Source of the DNA: Macrostomum lignano
Taxonomy: Eukaryota
Direction: 5' to 3'
DNA: 64,000 nt
Assembly: GCA_002269645.1 (NCBI GenBank)
Contig: NIVC01001008.1
Location: 1 to 64,000, forward strand
The stretch's first letter is position 1; the number at the start of each line of letters is the position of its first letter. Both the position numbers and the translations under genes were made by a program. Shown in pieces: positions 37,442 to 49,319 of this stretch. The notes below the pieces were generated by a model, which was not told where the DNA came from, searched no databases, and worked only from the letters and a program-made list of their open reading frames with translations.

Positions 37442-39761
37442 CTTACATGCAAATGTGCTGAGTAGCTCATCTGGTTATTCTAGTATCTGTGCGTTGAACC
37501 AGTAGATTTCGGTCTCTGAAAACAGTATATAAAATTAAGGATTTATTACACACCACTTTACACCCATTTGTCCCATTGTTTTATGCTGCTTTATCACTTT
37601 CTCGCAGCCAATGCCCAAGTTATCCTGCATAAAGCCTAAAAATAATGAAAAAAACAAATACCATCACGTCCTTTTAATTATTAGATGTCTGTGCTTTAAA
37701 ATTATTTGAAAAGGCTTTGTTATACGAATTGAAATCATTAATAAATGTATAATCAGTATTCTTTTACGAGTATCGAGGAACTGAGTAATACATGTAGAGA
37801 CTCATTCACCGAGCATAGCACAGCACAACAGTCTGCTTGCTTAGAAATAATAGAATATACGAGCGCAGGATGCCAAATAGCTGTGATTCTGATGCTTCAA
37901 AAACGCAGCTGGTATAGTGCTGGGTGTAGTTTTTCTGCAAGGCTCCAGAAACAGACTTTACTGGGCATAGGAAATCGATCTTTAGCTGTCTTTAACGTTA
38001 GCAAATAAATAATCCAATGCAGGCCTACGTGTACTTACGTCTGATAGAAAGGCGGGCCGTTGATAAAATAAAGCCTCCTATTCTGACTCACGACTCCGAC
38101 CCAATAGGGCTGGTAATGGCTGGCCTGCAGCAAGTTATACATGTACATGTGGCACAGAAGGGCCGTTTGGTAAAAGTTAACGTTGCAATTTTTCATGAAA
38201 CGCCGTAGCGGACCGAGCAAAACAGTTCGTCACGGCTGCAGCGGTCACTGTCAAATTGGCGGGTTGGAGCCAGCCGGTTGGATCGCTAGACGAAGCGGTC
38301 AGCTAAATAAGACTACTGGAGTAGGAGTCGTCCAGACTAAGGAGTATTGTCTACTGCACGGTGTCGTCTGTTGAAGGTGCCGACGGCGTCGGGGTGATGA
38401 CGGGGAATGCTTGAGATGTGCAGCAGTTGAGGTTTTGCCCACTGTCGAGGCTTGATCAAAGAAAATCTAGAAATTCACACCAGGGGTTATCTATATAGTC
38501 ACCTGCTGCCTCCTGTTAAAGGTCCAGAAGCTAGCTACCTGCCTGGGTGAAGACCAGTGACCAACGAATTCAGAGCTGATGCAGACACCTGGTCGACGTG
38601 CTGATGGAATTTGGAGGCTTGGCAAGGTTGCACTGAGGCAGTGTTGATTGGCTGAATACACTGGCGCTTATGGGAAAAATCCGCCCTGGCAGAATCGTCG
38701 AATACACTATATCTGGATCGTCCTGGGGGGCGTTTGAGAAGGTGCGCAACAAAAATTTGGCCCGTGTTCTTAAATTTCGTGTGCCTGCGTTGCTCCGTTC
38801 CGGCGCAGCAAAACAATTGTCAGGGCGGAAAATGCTTGGGACTCCTACTGTTAATGAAAGTATTAGCTACATGCATAGCATTGAAGCAGCATGCAGGTAT
38901 CCGGCTGTCACATTGATTGAAAGTTTCATATCGGTTCGGTTGCGCTGACGTTATCAGCGCATAATTACGTACAATATGTGTACTAAAAAAGTTTTTTGAC
39001 GATGCCCTGCGAAATATTTAAAAATTTTCTTGTATTTAAAATTTGCTGACATACTCCACAAATTCTACTAATAGTACTCGTAGCAGTACAATTGAAAAAA
39101 TCAACACAGAAAGAAAATTACCATTTGGGTTGAAAATAATATATTTGTTCTCTGGGAATGTTTTTAGAATTGTAGCTGTGTAAAAAAAACGTGAGAAAAC
39201 AAGACAGTTAGGCTCTTTGGATTAAGAGATACTACTAGGAGTAATACATGCTTGGTACGAGACCTGATAAACATGATATATCTATGAGCTGTTATAGAAA
39301 ATCTGCATTTAATAAAAAATAGTTCAATAAGTTCATTAGAGAAAACACAACACCATGATAAGGCGCCTTCTGTCATCTACGTAACTACCATGCTATTAAT
39401 AATGCCCGAATAAAATTGGGCTTAATCCAAATAATTACATGTTTACATTATATAATATTATTTGCAGTTAATAATTACATAATATTATTTGCAGTTGTAA
39501 AAATACCACTTATCCAGTTAATAATAAGCCATTTATGACGCCATTCTTATGGTGAAAACAAGCTTAGAATGCTTAAAACTATCGTGAGTTTTTTTGTAAA
39601 AAATTGAAAATTTTCTTATTAAAGTGCAAAATACCCGAGCGGACAAAGACGTTGATGCTAGAACACAAACATCGATTCAAAATCTATCATAATGTTCAAT
39701 CTCAGTAAAAGTACAGTTTAACCGTGTCAATATAAGCTCGGAAATAGTTTTCAAATAATTT

Positions 39762-42700
39762 TCATTTTTTGATCTCGCTTGGAGCATTGGCAGAGTCTGG
39801 CTGGTAGCCGGAGTTGTTGAAGTACTCGTAGTTGTACGGAGGCGGCTGCGGCTCCAACGGCTGCTGCTGCGGCACCGAGCTCGGGTTTGAGACTTGAGGA
39901 GGAGGCGGCTGTATCGAATTCGGGTAGGCGGCTGGAGCCTGCATCGGATTCGGGTAGGCGGCTGGAGCCTGCATCGGATTCGGGTAGGCGGCTGGAGCCT
40001 GCATCGGGTACGAGCCCGGAGGCGGTGGCGGATTGGCCGCGGACGCAACGGCAGCAACGGGCAATCCGCCCGCCATTTGGTTTCGGCGGGCCATCAGTCT
40101 GGAAGTTCGTTGTCGATAGATTCGATAGCCTAGAATGGAGCCGCCCACGACAAAGATTAAGGCTAGGAAAGCTGGCCAGTAGCGCCTAAAAATCAGCGTC
40201 ATTTCAGAGGGATTGGCCTCGGACCACTCTTTGATGTAGAATGATAGTCTATTTGGATTGTAAAACTTGTTGGCCGGTGTGCCGCCTTTTGGAGCGGAGC
40301 ACAGCTGGGCAAAGTTCGAGTAGCAGTCGGCTCGATATAGCGAGCCGGTCTGGTAAAAAACGCACGGACAGTCGCTTGTTCCTGAGCAGTACGATGGAGT
40401 CTTCGGCACGTCGTACAGCCTGTGGTGGGGTTGGTGCGATTTGCTCTGTAACTGATTTCTTTTTATTTATAGCGAGTTGTCTTAGTGACAAGCTGAGAAA
40501 ATTCGTAAGAAATAGCAAAGTGCATGGGCTTTCGGACTAAGCACACGATCAATAAAAAATTAAAGCTTTAGTTTCGGAAAAAAATTTAGAAGTGCCCCGA
40601 GACAGCTTATTTTGGAGATTGTAGCAGTGGTTCGAGCGTCGGACTCACGACTGAAAGGTCGGGGGTTCGATTCTCGTCCCAGTTGGAACAATTTGTGTCC
40701 TTGAGCAAGATCCTTAACTCTGTATTGCTTCAGTTCACCAAGCTGTAAAATGAGTGCCAGCATTAGCTGGGGTAATTGAGGGTGTATGTGGCGACCCCCC
40801 AGTCCTTGGACTGAACAGCCGTACGCAGCCTTCAGATGTGCCGTGCAATAGCTGCGGCTGAGCTGTCGGTTGCACATCTGGCCATTAGGGCCGCGCAGGA
40901 AATCGAACCGCAGTCCGCGGGGGTCGCGACACGAGAGTCGGGCGCGTTTACCGATAAGCTGCCCTACCCCGCTTTTTTACCCTCTGGTAAATAAACCAGA
41001 TAACACCACAAGATAACATTCGCTCAAACAAGATAACATGCCCCATTCCGGTTATGCAAAATGTTATCTTGTATGAATCCTGTTTGCGTGACGAAATCTT
41101 ACGTTTCCTTGTTTCAAACAAGATTAAAATAGGATTCATTGACCAGGTAACAGTCGGGTAATTCATGCGAATCCTGCAGGGAAACATCGTGTTATCCTGT
41201 TTGTTATCTTGTTTGTTATCCTGTCTGGCAAACAGGATTCGCTGACCAGGTAACAGTCGGGTAATTCATGCGAAAAAATCCGGAAGGCATTGACATCAAA
41301 TTTCGCAGCAAAGAAGCGTATAAAAAGTTGGTGCTTCAAGATTTTATGAGTAGCATCTATTTAACAGCGGGGTGTCATTTGTAAGCGCCTTATACAAACT
41401 AAACGTAGCTCAACAGGAACGAAAACTTCTGGAGAACAGCGTGGCATACGTCTGAGTTGCGGGAGTCCAGTTATAAGTAGACCTACTACTTATACTGTGG
41501 ATACCAATTGATATGTAGTGTGAGCATCTTTGCGTATATTTTGTTGTAAATTGACTGCATTAGTTTCTATATTGTTATTGAATTGTTATTTTGCTTTAGT
41601 TTAGTCATGCGTTTTTTGTGTACTTTTTCTAGTTGGTTGAAATCTAAAATTGTAAACAGGTTAGAGTTAGACGCCATCTGTGACTCAGCGGAGGGTTGAG
41701 TTTTGTCTGCGAACCCCAGCTTTGCGCGGTCAGCCAATCAGAACCGGCCTGGACCCTGGCACGCGGCAAGTTTCAATTCTACCCGGCGCCGCGGGCACAG
41801 TGCAATTCGGCTTAAGCGAGCGGCCGGCCAGACGACCACCACCCGGCTTGAGGGGGTTTTGCGAGGGTTTGACTCTGACTATATATGAAAGTGTGTTTTG
41901 GCAATCGGATCTCGCTTCTCTCTCCTTTCCCCGGTTTTGTCTTGTCCAGTTCCCGGCCGGTGGCCCGACTTTTCCTCCCCTTGTTGGTTCGCGCTTTGAG
42001 GCGTTTTGATTTCATCACCCCCGGTCCATATCTTTGTTCCCGCCCAACCGCAGTAGTCTTGTGGCGTAACGTCTACGGCAAATTCCTGTCTGAAGTCGTC
42101 GCTATCAAGCGCGGTTAGATAGAGACTGTCGGATCTGATCAAGTACGCGGCCTCGACCCCGAGGGCCCCAGTGTTACACTGAAGGGCAGTGCCGATAGAA
42201 CTTAGTCGGTACTCCGTTGAACGGTCGGTTCGGCAGGGCTCTCGTTTGAGAGTAGGTTCTGGCTTAGGCCAGGGGTTAGGAGTCTTCTCCGTGGTCCTGT
42301 GTTCGGTGCCTTTTTCTTCTTCAAGCTAAGATCCGCTTGTCAGTGCGTATATAATCATTATTTATTAACCGTTATTGTCGTTTTGTCAACTCTAGTTATC
42401 TGCGTCGTTTGTCTAAATCTTGTAACTCAGCTAATCAAATTAAACCGTCAATCAAGTTAGTTATTCTGAAATAGGATTATCACTCTCTAAATCTTTCGGT
42501 TTGTGTTCCCTCGTGTTCTTTATTTTCTTGTACTGTACCTGCGGCTATTGGAGAAAGACTGGTAGGACTCGCCGACCGGCGATAGGCGATTAGGATTAAT
42601 AGCTTTAAAATCTCCAAACGCTCCAAGTAGGTTTGTCTAGGGCCTAAATAATTGCTTACCGTGCATGCTATTATCTAATTGCCTATTTATCACAGATACT

Positions 42701-45700
42701 ACTGAATTGGTGATCTGCTGCGAGCTGGTGCTGAGTCGCAGGTCGGACCTGCTGTACTCGGACGCGACTCTGATGGCAGTTGACGCGTGAGCCCGACGTT
42801 TGAAAGATCGGGTCGCGCGCACGGAAGGCGATTAATGAGACCACTGACGGGGGCTTGCATTATATGCCGGCGCAATGGAACGACTCTGCATTATTAAAGT
42901 TAAATTAAATGGCGATGGAAGGCAGTTTCTCCAAAATATACACAGTTATAAAGAAACAGTAATGTACATACACACTCGATCGTCTAGCTCTAACAGACAG
43001 CGACGGTTCGCCGACAATCATTGCCAGATTGTACGACTGTTCACTAGTAATGTCAGCTGCGTCGATAGAATTGTCATTCGTAGCATAGTCGTCATCCGGA
43101 ATCAACTGGCTTTCGTTGATCGGCTGCTCGTAGACCGGAGACAAAGTGAATGGTGTATCATCTGATGCGCCGGCTCGCGCGGCGCTGGATTCGTTGCGTC
43201 CACGAAATGCCGACTACGCTGGAAACTCTTACATGATTGTCTTCGCAATCCTGTTTGCCAGCGGTAATATCCAACCGACTTGACGTTGCAGATGTCGCTA
43301 GTGCGATGGACGATCGTCCAACGGCGTCATCAACTGCGTCGTTCGAAGCAGTGACACCCTCCGAAAAAAGTGGCTGACAAGATTACCGACACTCGTAGTC
43401 TGTAACGACTACTCTTTTGACTTGTTCGAGGATTTATTAAATCTCGACAAGATTACCGACACTCGTAGTCTGTAACGAATACTCTTTTGACTTGTTCGAG
43501 GATTTATTAAATCTCGACAAGATTACCGACACTCGTAGTCTGTAACGACTACTATCTTCACTTGATCTGCTTACGGCTGGTGCAACTGCAAACGCCTTAG
43601 ACAAACCAATGGAGCATGCACCGAAAAAAAATCGGATTAGCGTCTATCTTAATAGGAAAGCTGCTTTGAATACTGGGCCAGTTAGAGCTATTTGGAACCA
43701 TGCCACAGTCTCCGTCTAGACACCCAGCTGTGCCAAACAATATGGTTGGCTGACTCATGCTTCTAAGCGTCAAATATGACGATAGAATCATTCAGCCCGT
43801 TGACACACTAAGCAGCTGTGATAGACTACATGCCAGTGGTAGTCAAACCTCTCGCACACAATCAGGGCGCAACAATTTTTCAATTGTCACCTGTACGGAG
43901 GATGGGCACAGCCTCACATTACGGACGCTACAGTGCCTCCGAAAAGCAGATCAATTCTCCTTGCGATTTCAAGGCTTTATTACCCCTCGGATTAAAGATT
44001 GACCCGCGTAGTCAAATAAAAGTGACTACACTTAGCAGCTGCCTTGAGCCACAACAGACGCGAGGATTGATTACCCCTCGTAGGTCAGCATTTTCAGTCA
44101 ACTGCTCAACTCTGATTCATCGGTTGAAGCGGGGTTCCATTATCCCTCACTGGTGGCCATACACCAACACTGCAGACGCTTTAGACAACCCAATGGAGCA
44201 TGCTCTAGCAAGAGCTAGAATAACGTCTGTCTTAAAAAAGGTTACCTTAGAACTGGGCCAGTAGGAGCTTTTGGAACCATGCCACAGCTCCATCTAGACA
44301 CCCAGCTGCACCAGATAATAGGGTAAACTGATATACTAAGTAACCGCGACAGACTACATGCCATTGGGAGTCAAACCTCTCCAGCACAATAAGAATGCAA
44401 TAGTTTGTCTGAGAGCCAACAAAGCTATCACCTGCAGGGAGGGTGGGCACGGCCTCACATTACGAGCGCTAGCGTTTGCTGATATATGACACTTTACCCC
44501 TCGCAGGTCAGCTTAGCAGCTGCCTTGAGCCACAACAGAAGCGAGGATTGATTATCCATCGCAGGTCAGCTTAGGAGCTGCCTTGAGCCACAACAGAAGC
44601 GAGGATTGATTATCCATCGCAGGTCAGCTTAGGAGCTGCCTTGAGCCACAACAGAAGCGAGGATTGATTATCCATCGCAGGTCAGCTTAGGAGCTGCCTT
44701 GAGCCACAACAGAAGCGAGGATTGATTATCCATCGCAGGTCAGCATAGCAGCTGCCTTAAGCCACAACAGACGGAAGACCAGTCTTATCCGTAACTTCAT
44801 TGAGATTTCGGTCAATGGGAGCTGATCCCTGTGGATTTTCCGGATCACTTGGTCTAGATCGCTGAGGAATTCCGACTGAACTCCCAAAATCTCATCCAGA
44901 AAATTTTCATTTGGAAAACTTGAAATTTAGGTCTGCAATCAGAATTCAGCAGCTGTTCCAGGTTAAAAATTTCGGAAAATCCAGCCGGAACAGCTTTTCC
45001 TTTTTCCCGAACTTTTGCAGGATCACATTTTCGGGAAAAGAGGGGCTATTCCGGGCCAAAAATTCTGATCCAAGCCTTCACTTGGAAATCAATTAATACA
45101 TCAGGCCCAGATCACGAAATTCTGGAAAAAAATTCTGGGTGAAAAGTACAATGGGTTCTTACAGACCGGATAACACAAAGGCATCTTGATTGAAATCTTA
45201 TTCCATTATCTGCTTTGCAAACCAGATTCGCATCATGTTATCCGACAAATTTCAGATTCACACAGGTTTCATACAAACCAGATAACACATAGTTATCTTG
45301 ATTAAAATCTTGTACTGTTATCTGTTTTTCAAACAAGATTCGCGCCATGTTATCCTGTGAAATTCCGATTCAAACAAGATTCGATCAACCAAGATAACAG
45401 AGAATTATCTGGTGGCGAATCTTGTACTGTTATCTGTTTTTCAAACACGCACTATGTTATCTTGTGAAATTCAGATAACTCACCAGATAACAGTCAAACA
45501 AGAAAACAAAAAATTATCTGATGGCGAATCTTGTCATGTAATCTGATTTCTAAGCAAGATTCGGGCCATGTTATCTGGTGAAATTCAGATAACTCACCAG
45601 ATAACACTAAAATTACCTTTTCACCTCAAACAAGTAAATCGGTAGTGAATCTGACAAGATTCGCAAATTATCTTGTGGTGTTATCTGGTTTATTTACCAG

Positions 45701-46550
45701 AGGGATAGGAAGGCTTCAGTGCGATTGCCTACTAAACCTAATGTACATGCAACTTATGAGTAATCGCAAACTTCAGATCGATCTTAACTTAGGCCGGTTT
45801 TTAAGTGCTCTTAGTGAGCCGCCACCTGCAAGATCAATCGGACACTCACGACATGTGGAAGGGCTCGCCAGTGAGGAAGTACAACTTAGGATTCTTGCCA
45901 CGGTACTTCATAACGCCGACCCAGTAGGGCCTGCTATCGGCAACCAGAGCCTCCAGGGTGCCTGTGCTTGTAAAGTCGATGGCGAGGTTCGCCTGCAGCA
46001 TGCGGCACAGCTCAAACGCCTGGTCGAAGGTGACCAAATCGTTCTTTGCCGGGTTTCCGTAGCAGACGGAGCCGCTGCTGCGCCATCCGTACGGGCAGTC
46101 GCCGCTAAAGATTGGCGCCACGGACAGCAGCACCGAAGACTCCATCGAAGGCGGAGCATCGGAGACCAGACGAGCCTCGAACCAGCTGCCGGACCCAACA
46201 ATAAGATGCCGACAGCCAACTGTTGACGTAGAAAAATTTTTCACCTTTAAAATCTGCGAATGGGTGGCGTTCCTGATGGTTAGCGAGTTCGATTCGTACA
46301 GCTGAAGGCTGTCAATAGCGACTGAGAAGCCGGTGCTGCTGCGGGCGGCGCTGAAGTTCAATGCGTGAACGAAGCTGGAGCAGCCGCTTGTGACATTGAC
46401 AGTCAGCTGGGCTGATGTGTGAGAGGAGATTCTCAGCTGTTGATAGCTCTGGCAGTGGCCAGCAACCGCCGTGGCAACGATGCTGAGCGCCGTTGCCAGT
46501 AGCAACGGGAACGCGACCGGTGAAAATCGAGGATTCTGAAATGCGGCCAT
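39762..46550 (-). CDS. CUB-like + C-type-lectin-like single-pass receptor with PPxY tail, copy 1 (452 aa)
   Basis: Exons 46550-45850 (donor TC|GTGAGT) and 40419-39762 (acceptor CCACCACAG|G), phase 2. Signal peptide; CTLD marks CPYGW..CY, C, YWVG, C.CV..C..C; TM; tail with (QAPAAYPNPM)-like repeats x3 and PPPY. Confidence 0.85.
40621..40890 (+). mobile_element. tRNA-derived CORE-like SINE
   Basis: Same family as 19004-19316; B box GGTTCGATTC. Confidence 0.85.
40891..40972 (-). mobile_element. tRNA-like head fragment of a second SINE type
   Basis: Minus strand GCGGGGTAGGGCAGCTTATCGGTAAA..GGTTCGATTTCC has A/B-box-like motifs but no convincing cloverleaf. Confidence 0.45.
41651..42600 (+). mobile_element. 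Possible solo LTR or other non-coding TE segment
   Basis: Starts TGTA, contains a TATATA and an ATTAAA, has no long ORF; no TSD or terminal CA identified. Confidence 0.25.
43376..43552. repeat. 70-bp tandem repeat, about 2.6 copies
   Basis: Units at 43376, 43446 and 43516. Confidence 0.9.
44503..44771. repeat. 58-bp tandem repeat, about 4.6 copies
   Basis: Units at 44503, 44561, 44619, 44677 and 44735. Confidence 0.9.
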
Positions 46551-46620
46551 TTCTAAGTGTATAAATTTAATGCTAACTCGAATCTATTTGAATAAACAGG
46601 AAATATAGTATACTGCTACT

Positions 46621-46762
46621 GCCTGATGGCTTAGTCGTTAGAGCGTCGGACTCAAGACTGAAAGGTCGGGGATTCGATTCTTGACTACTCACTCGGAACA
46701 ATTTGTGTCCTTGAGCAAGAAAGTTAACTCTGCATTGCTTCAGTTCATCCAGCTGTAAAATG
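46621..46762 (+). mobile_element. 3'-truncated CORE-like SINE
   Basis: Head and core homologous to 40621-40750. Confidence 0.8.
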
Positions 46763-47445
46763 CTAGCAAAGGGGTAAAATGTCAGACTGATTTAATAGTA
46801 TTTTGGTTAACTAACTTATTTAAGACTATATATAAATAATAGACGTACTCCACGTAGTCAATAGCCTAATAATGAAAAATTATTGCAACAAAAACTTCTT
46901 TTAATGGAGAAAAAATCGATTCATATTGAATTTTATTGCCTCGGAATGCTTAGTGTTCAGGTTATAAACTGTTGCAGATAAACGCATCCGTAAAAAATAT
47001 TTTTGGGTTATAAATGACTAGAAAAAACATATTGGGTTGCAAGCCACGAACCAGTGTTGAATAATAAAGTTAAGATTTACCACACAGATTTTTAAGGCAA
47101 ATGAGCCTTAAAAATAAAACTGATAGGTTATAAAAAGCAATACCAATTAGGCGCTCATACAGTCCTATAAAATACGATCTTTGAAGTCAATAGCTTCTTC
47201 GGATAAAACGGCTGGTTGTTGCAAAAAAGCGGCATTTTTAAGCTGGTGCAGGCGAGTGAAAAACGCATAAGCCAAACTAGAAATCTAAAAAGTAACCATG
47301 CAAGGTGCTGAAAATTTGAATAGGAAAATATGATTTATTGTGTATTGATCAGAATAAGAGCTCAGTTGCTTGTAAATAGAAACTTATCATATGTTATTTA
47401 TGACACAAAATTATGAAAAATATAGATTTTCATATTCATGAGATT

Positions 47446-49098
47446 GGTCACTCCTGATCCGCCCTACGAGAATCACTCCTGATCCGCCCTACTAGAATTA
47501 ATCCTGATCCGCCCTACGAGAATCACTCCTGATCCGCCCTACGAGAATCACTCCTGATCCGCCCTACGAGAATCACTCGTGATCCACCCTATGAGAATCA
47601 CTCCCTGATCCACTCTATGAGAATCACTCGTGATCCACCCTATGAGAATCACTCCTGATCCACTCTATGAGAATCACTCCTGATCCACCCTATGAGAATC
47701 ACTCCTGATCCACTCTATGAGAATCACTCCTGATCCACTCTATGAGAATCACTCCTGATCCACCCTATGAGAATCACTCCTGATCCACTCTATGAGAATC
47801 ACTCCTGATCCACTCTATGAGAATCACTCCTGATCCACTCTATGAGAATCACTCCTGATCCACCCTATGAGAATCACTCCCTGATCCACTCTATGAGAAT
47901 CACTCCTAATCCGCACATGAGAATCACTCCCTGATCCGCACAATGAGAATCACTCCTGATCCGCCCTACGAGAATCACTCCTGATCCGCACATGAGAATC
48001 ACTCCTGATCCGCACATGAGAATCACTCCTGATCCGCACCATGAGAATCACTCCTGATCCGCACATGAGAATCACTCCTGATCCGCACATGAGAATCACT
48101 CCTGATCCGCACAATGAGAATCACTCCTGATCCGCACATGAGAATCACTCCTGATCCGCACAATGAGAATCACTCCTGATCCGCACAATGAGAATCACTC
48201 CTGATCTACCCTATGAGAATCACTCCTGATCCGCACAATGAGAATCACTCCTGATCCGCCCTACGAGAATCACTCCTGATCCGCCCTACGAGAATCACTC
48301 CTGATCCGCACCATGAGAATCACTCCTGATCCGCACAATGAGAATCACTCCTGATCCGCCCTACGAGAATCACTCCTGATCCGAAGATGAGAATCACTCC
48401 TGATCCGCACAATGAGAATCACTCCTGATCCACCCTACGAGAATCACTCCTGATCCGCACATGAGAATCACTCCTGATCCGCACATGAGAATCACTCCTG
48501 ATCCGCACCATGAGAATCACTCCTGATCCGCACATGAGAATCACTCCTGATCCGCACAATGAGAATCACTCCTGATCCGCACAATGAGAATCACTCCTGA
48601 TCCACCCTATGAGAATCACTTCTAATTCGCACATGAGAATCACTCCTGATCTACCCTATGAGAATCACTCCTGATCCACCCTATGAGAATCACTTCTAAT
48701 CCGCACATGAGAATCACTCCTGATCCACCCTATAAGAATCACTCCTGATCCGCACATGAGAATCACTCCTGATCCGCACCATGAGAATCACTCCTGATCC
48801 GCACATGAGAATCACTCCTGATCCGCACAATGAGAATCACTCCTGATCCGCACCATGAGAATCACTCCTGATCCGCACAATGAGAATCACTCCTGATCCG
48901 CCCTACGAGAATCACTCCTGATCCGCACAATGAGAATCACTCCGGATCCGCCCTACGAGAATCACTCCTGATCCGCACATGAGAATCACTCCTGATCCGC
49001 ACAATGAGAATCACTCCTAATCCGCACATGAGAATCACTCCCTGATCCACCCTATGAGAATCACTCCTGATCCGCACAATGAGAATTACTCCTAATCC
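47446..49098. repeat. 24-25-bp minisatellite, 1.65 kb, between copies 1 and 2
   Basis: GAGAATCACTCCTGATCC + GCCCTAC/ACCCTAT/GCACAAT variants. Confidence 0.95.
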
Positions 49099-49319
49099 GT
49101 CGGTGAGAATTGTTTTGTCCACAATGGCCTGTTCTTTTTCACAAAGCTCCACCTTGTTTCGAAGCTGAAACAACTAAATAAAAAAGAATGATAAACCAAA
49201 TACCAGATAAACATCAACAGAGGTAAATTATAGAAACAGCCATCACGGCAACAATTGTAAAGCGCTCCAATTCCGATAAAACGGTTCTGACTATTAACAT
49301 TCTCGTATGTCGATGAGTT

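Larger units (their letters stand above)
40980..45704. mobile_element. 4.7-kb TIR-bounded element (CCC termini, modular GATAAC subterminal repeats) inside copy 1 intron
   Basis: CCCTCTGGTAAATAAACCAGATAACACCACAAGATAA at 40980 is inverted at ~45669-45704; both arms (40980-41275, 45110-45704) are rich in GATAAC/GTTATC; TSD not clean. Confidence 0.7.

Noticed and set aside
19240-46690. tRNA-like sequences at 19240-19316, 40621-40680, 40891-40972 and 46621-46690
   Set aside because: Three continue into a shared SINE body; none forms a complete cloverleaf with a paired acceptor stem
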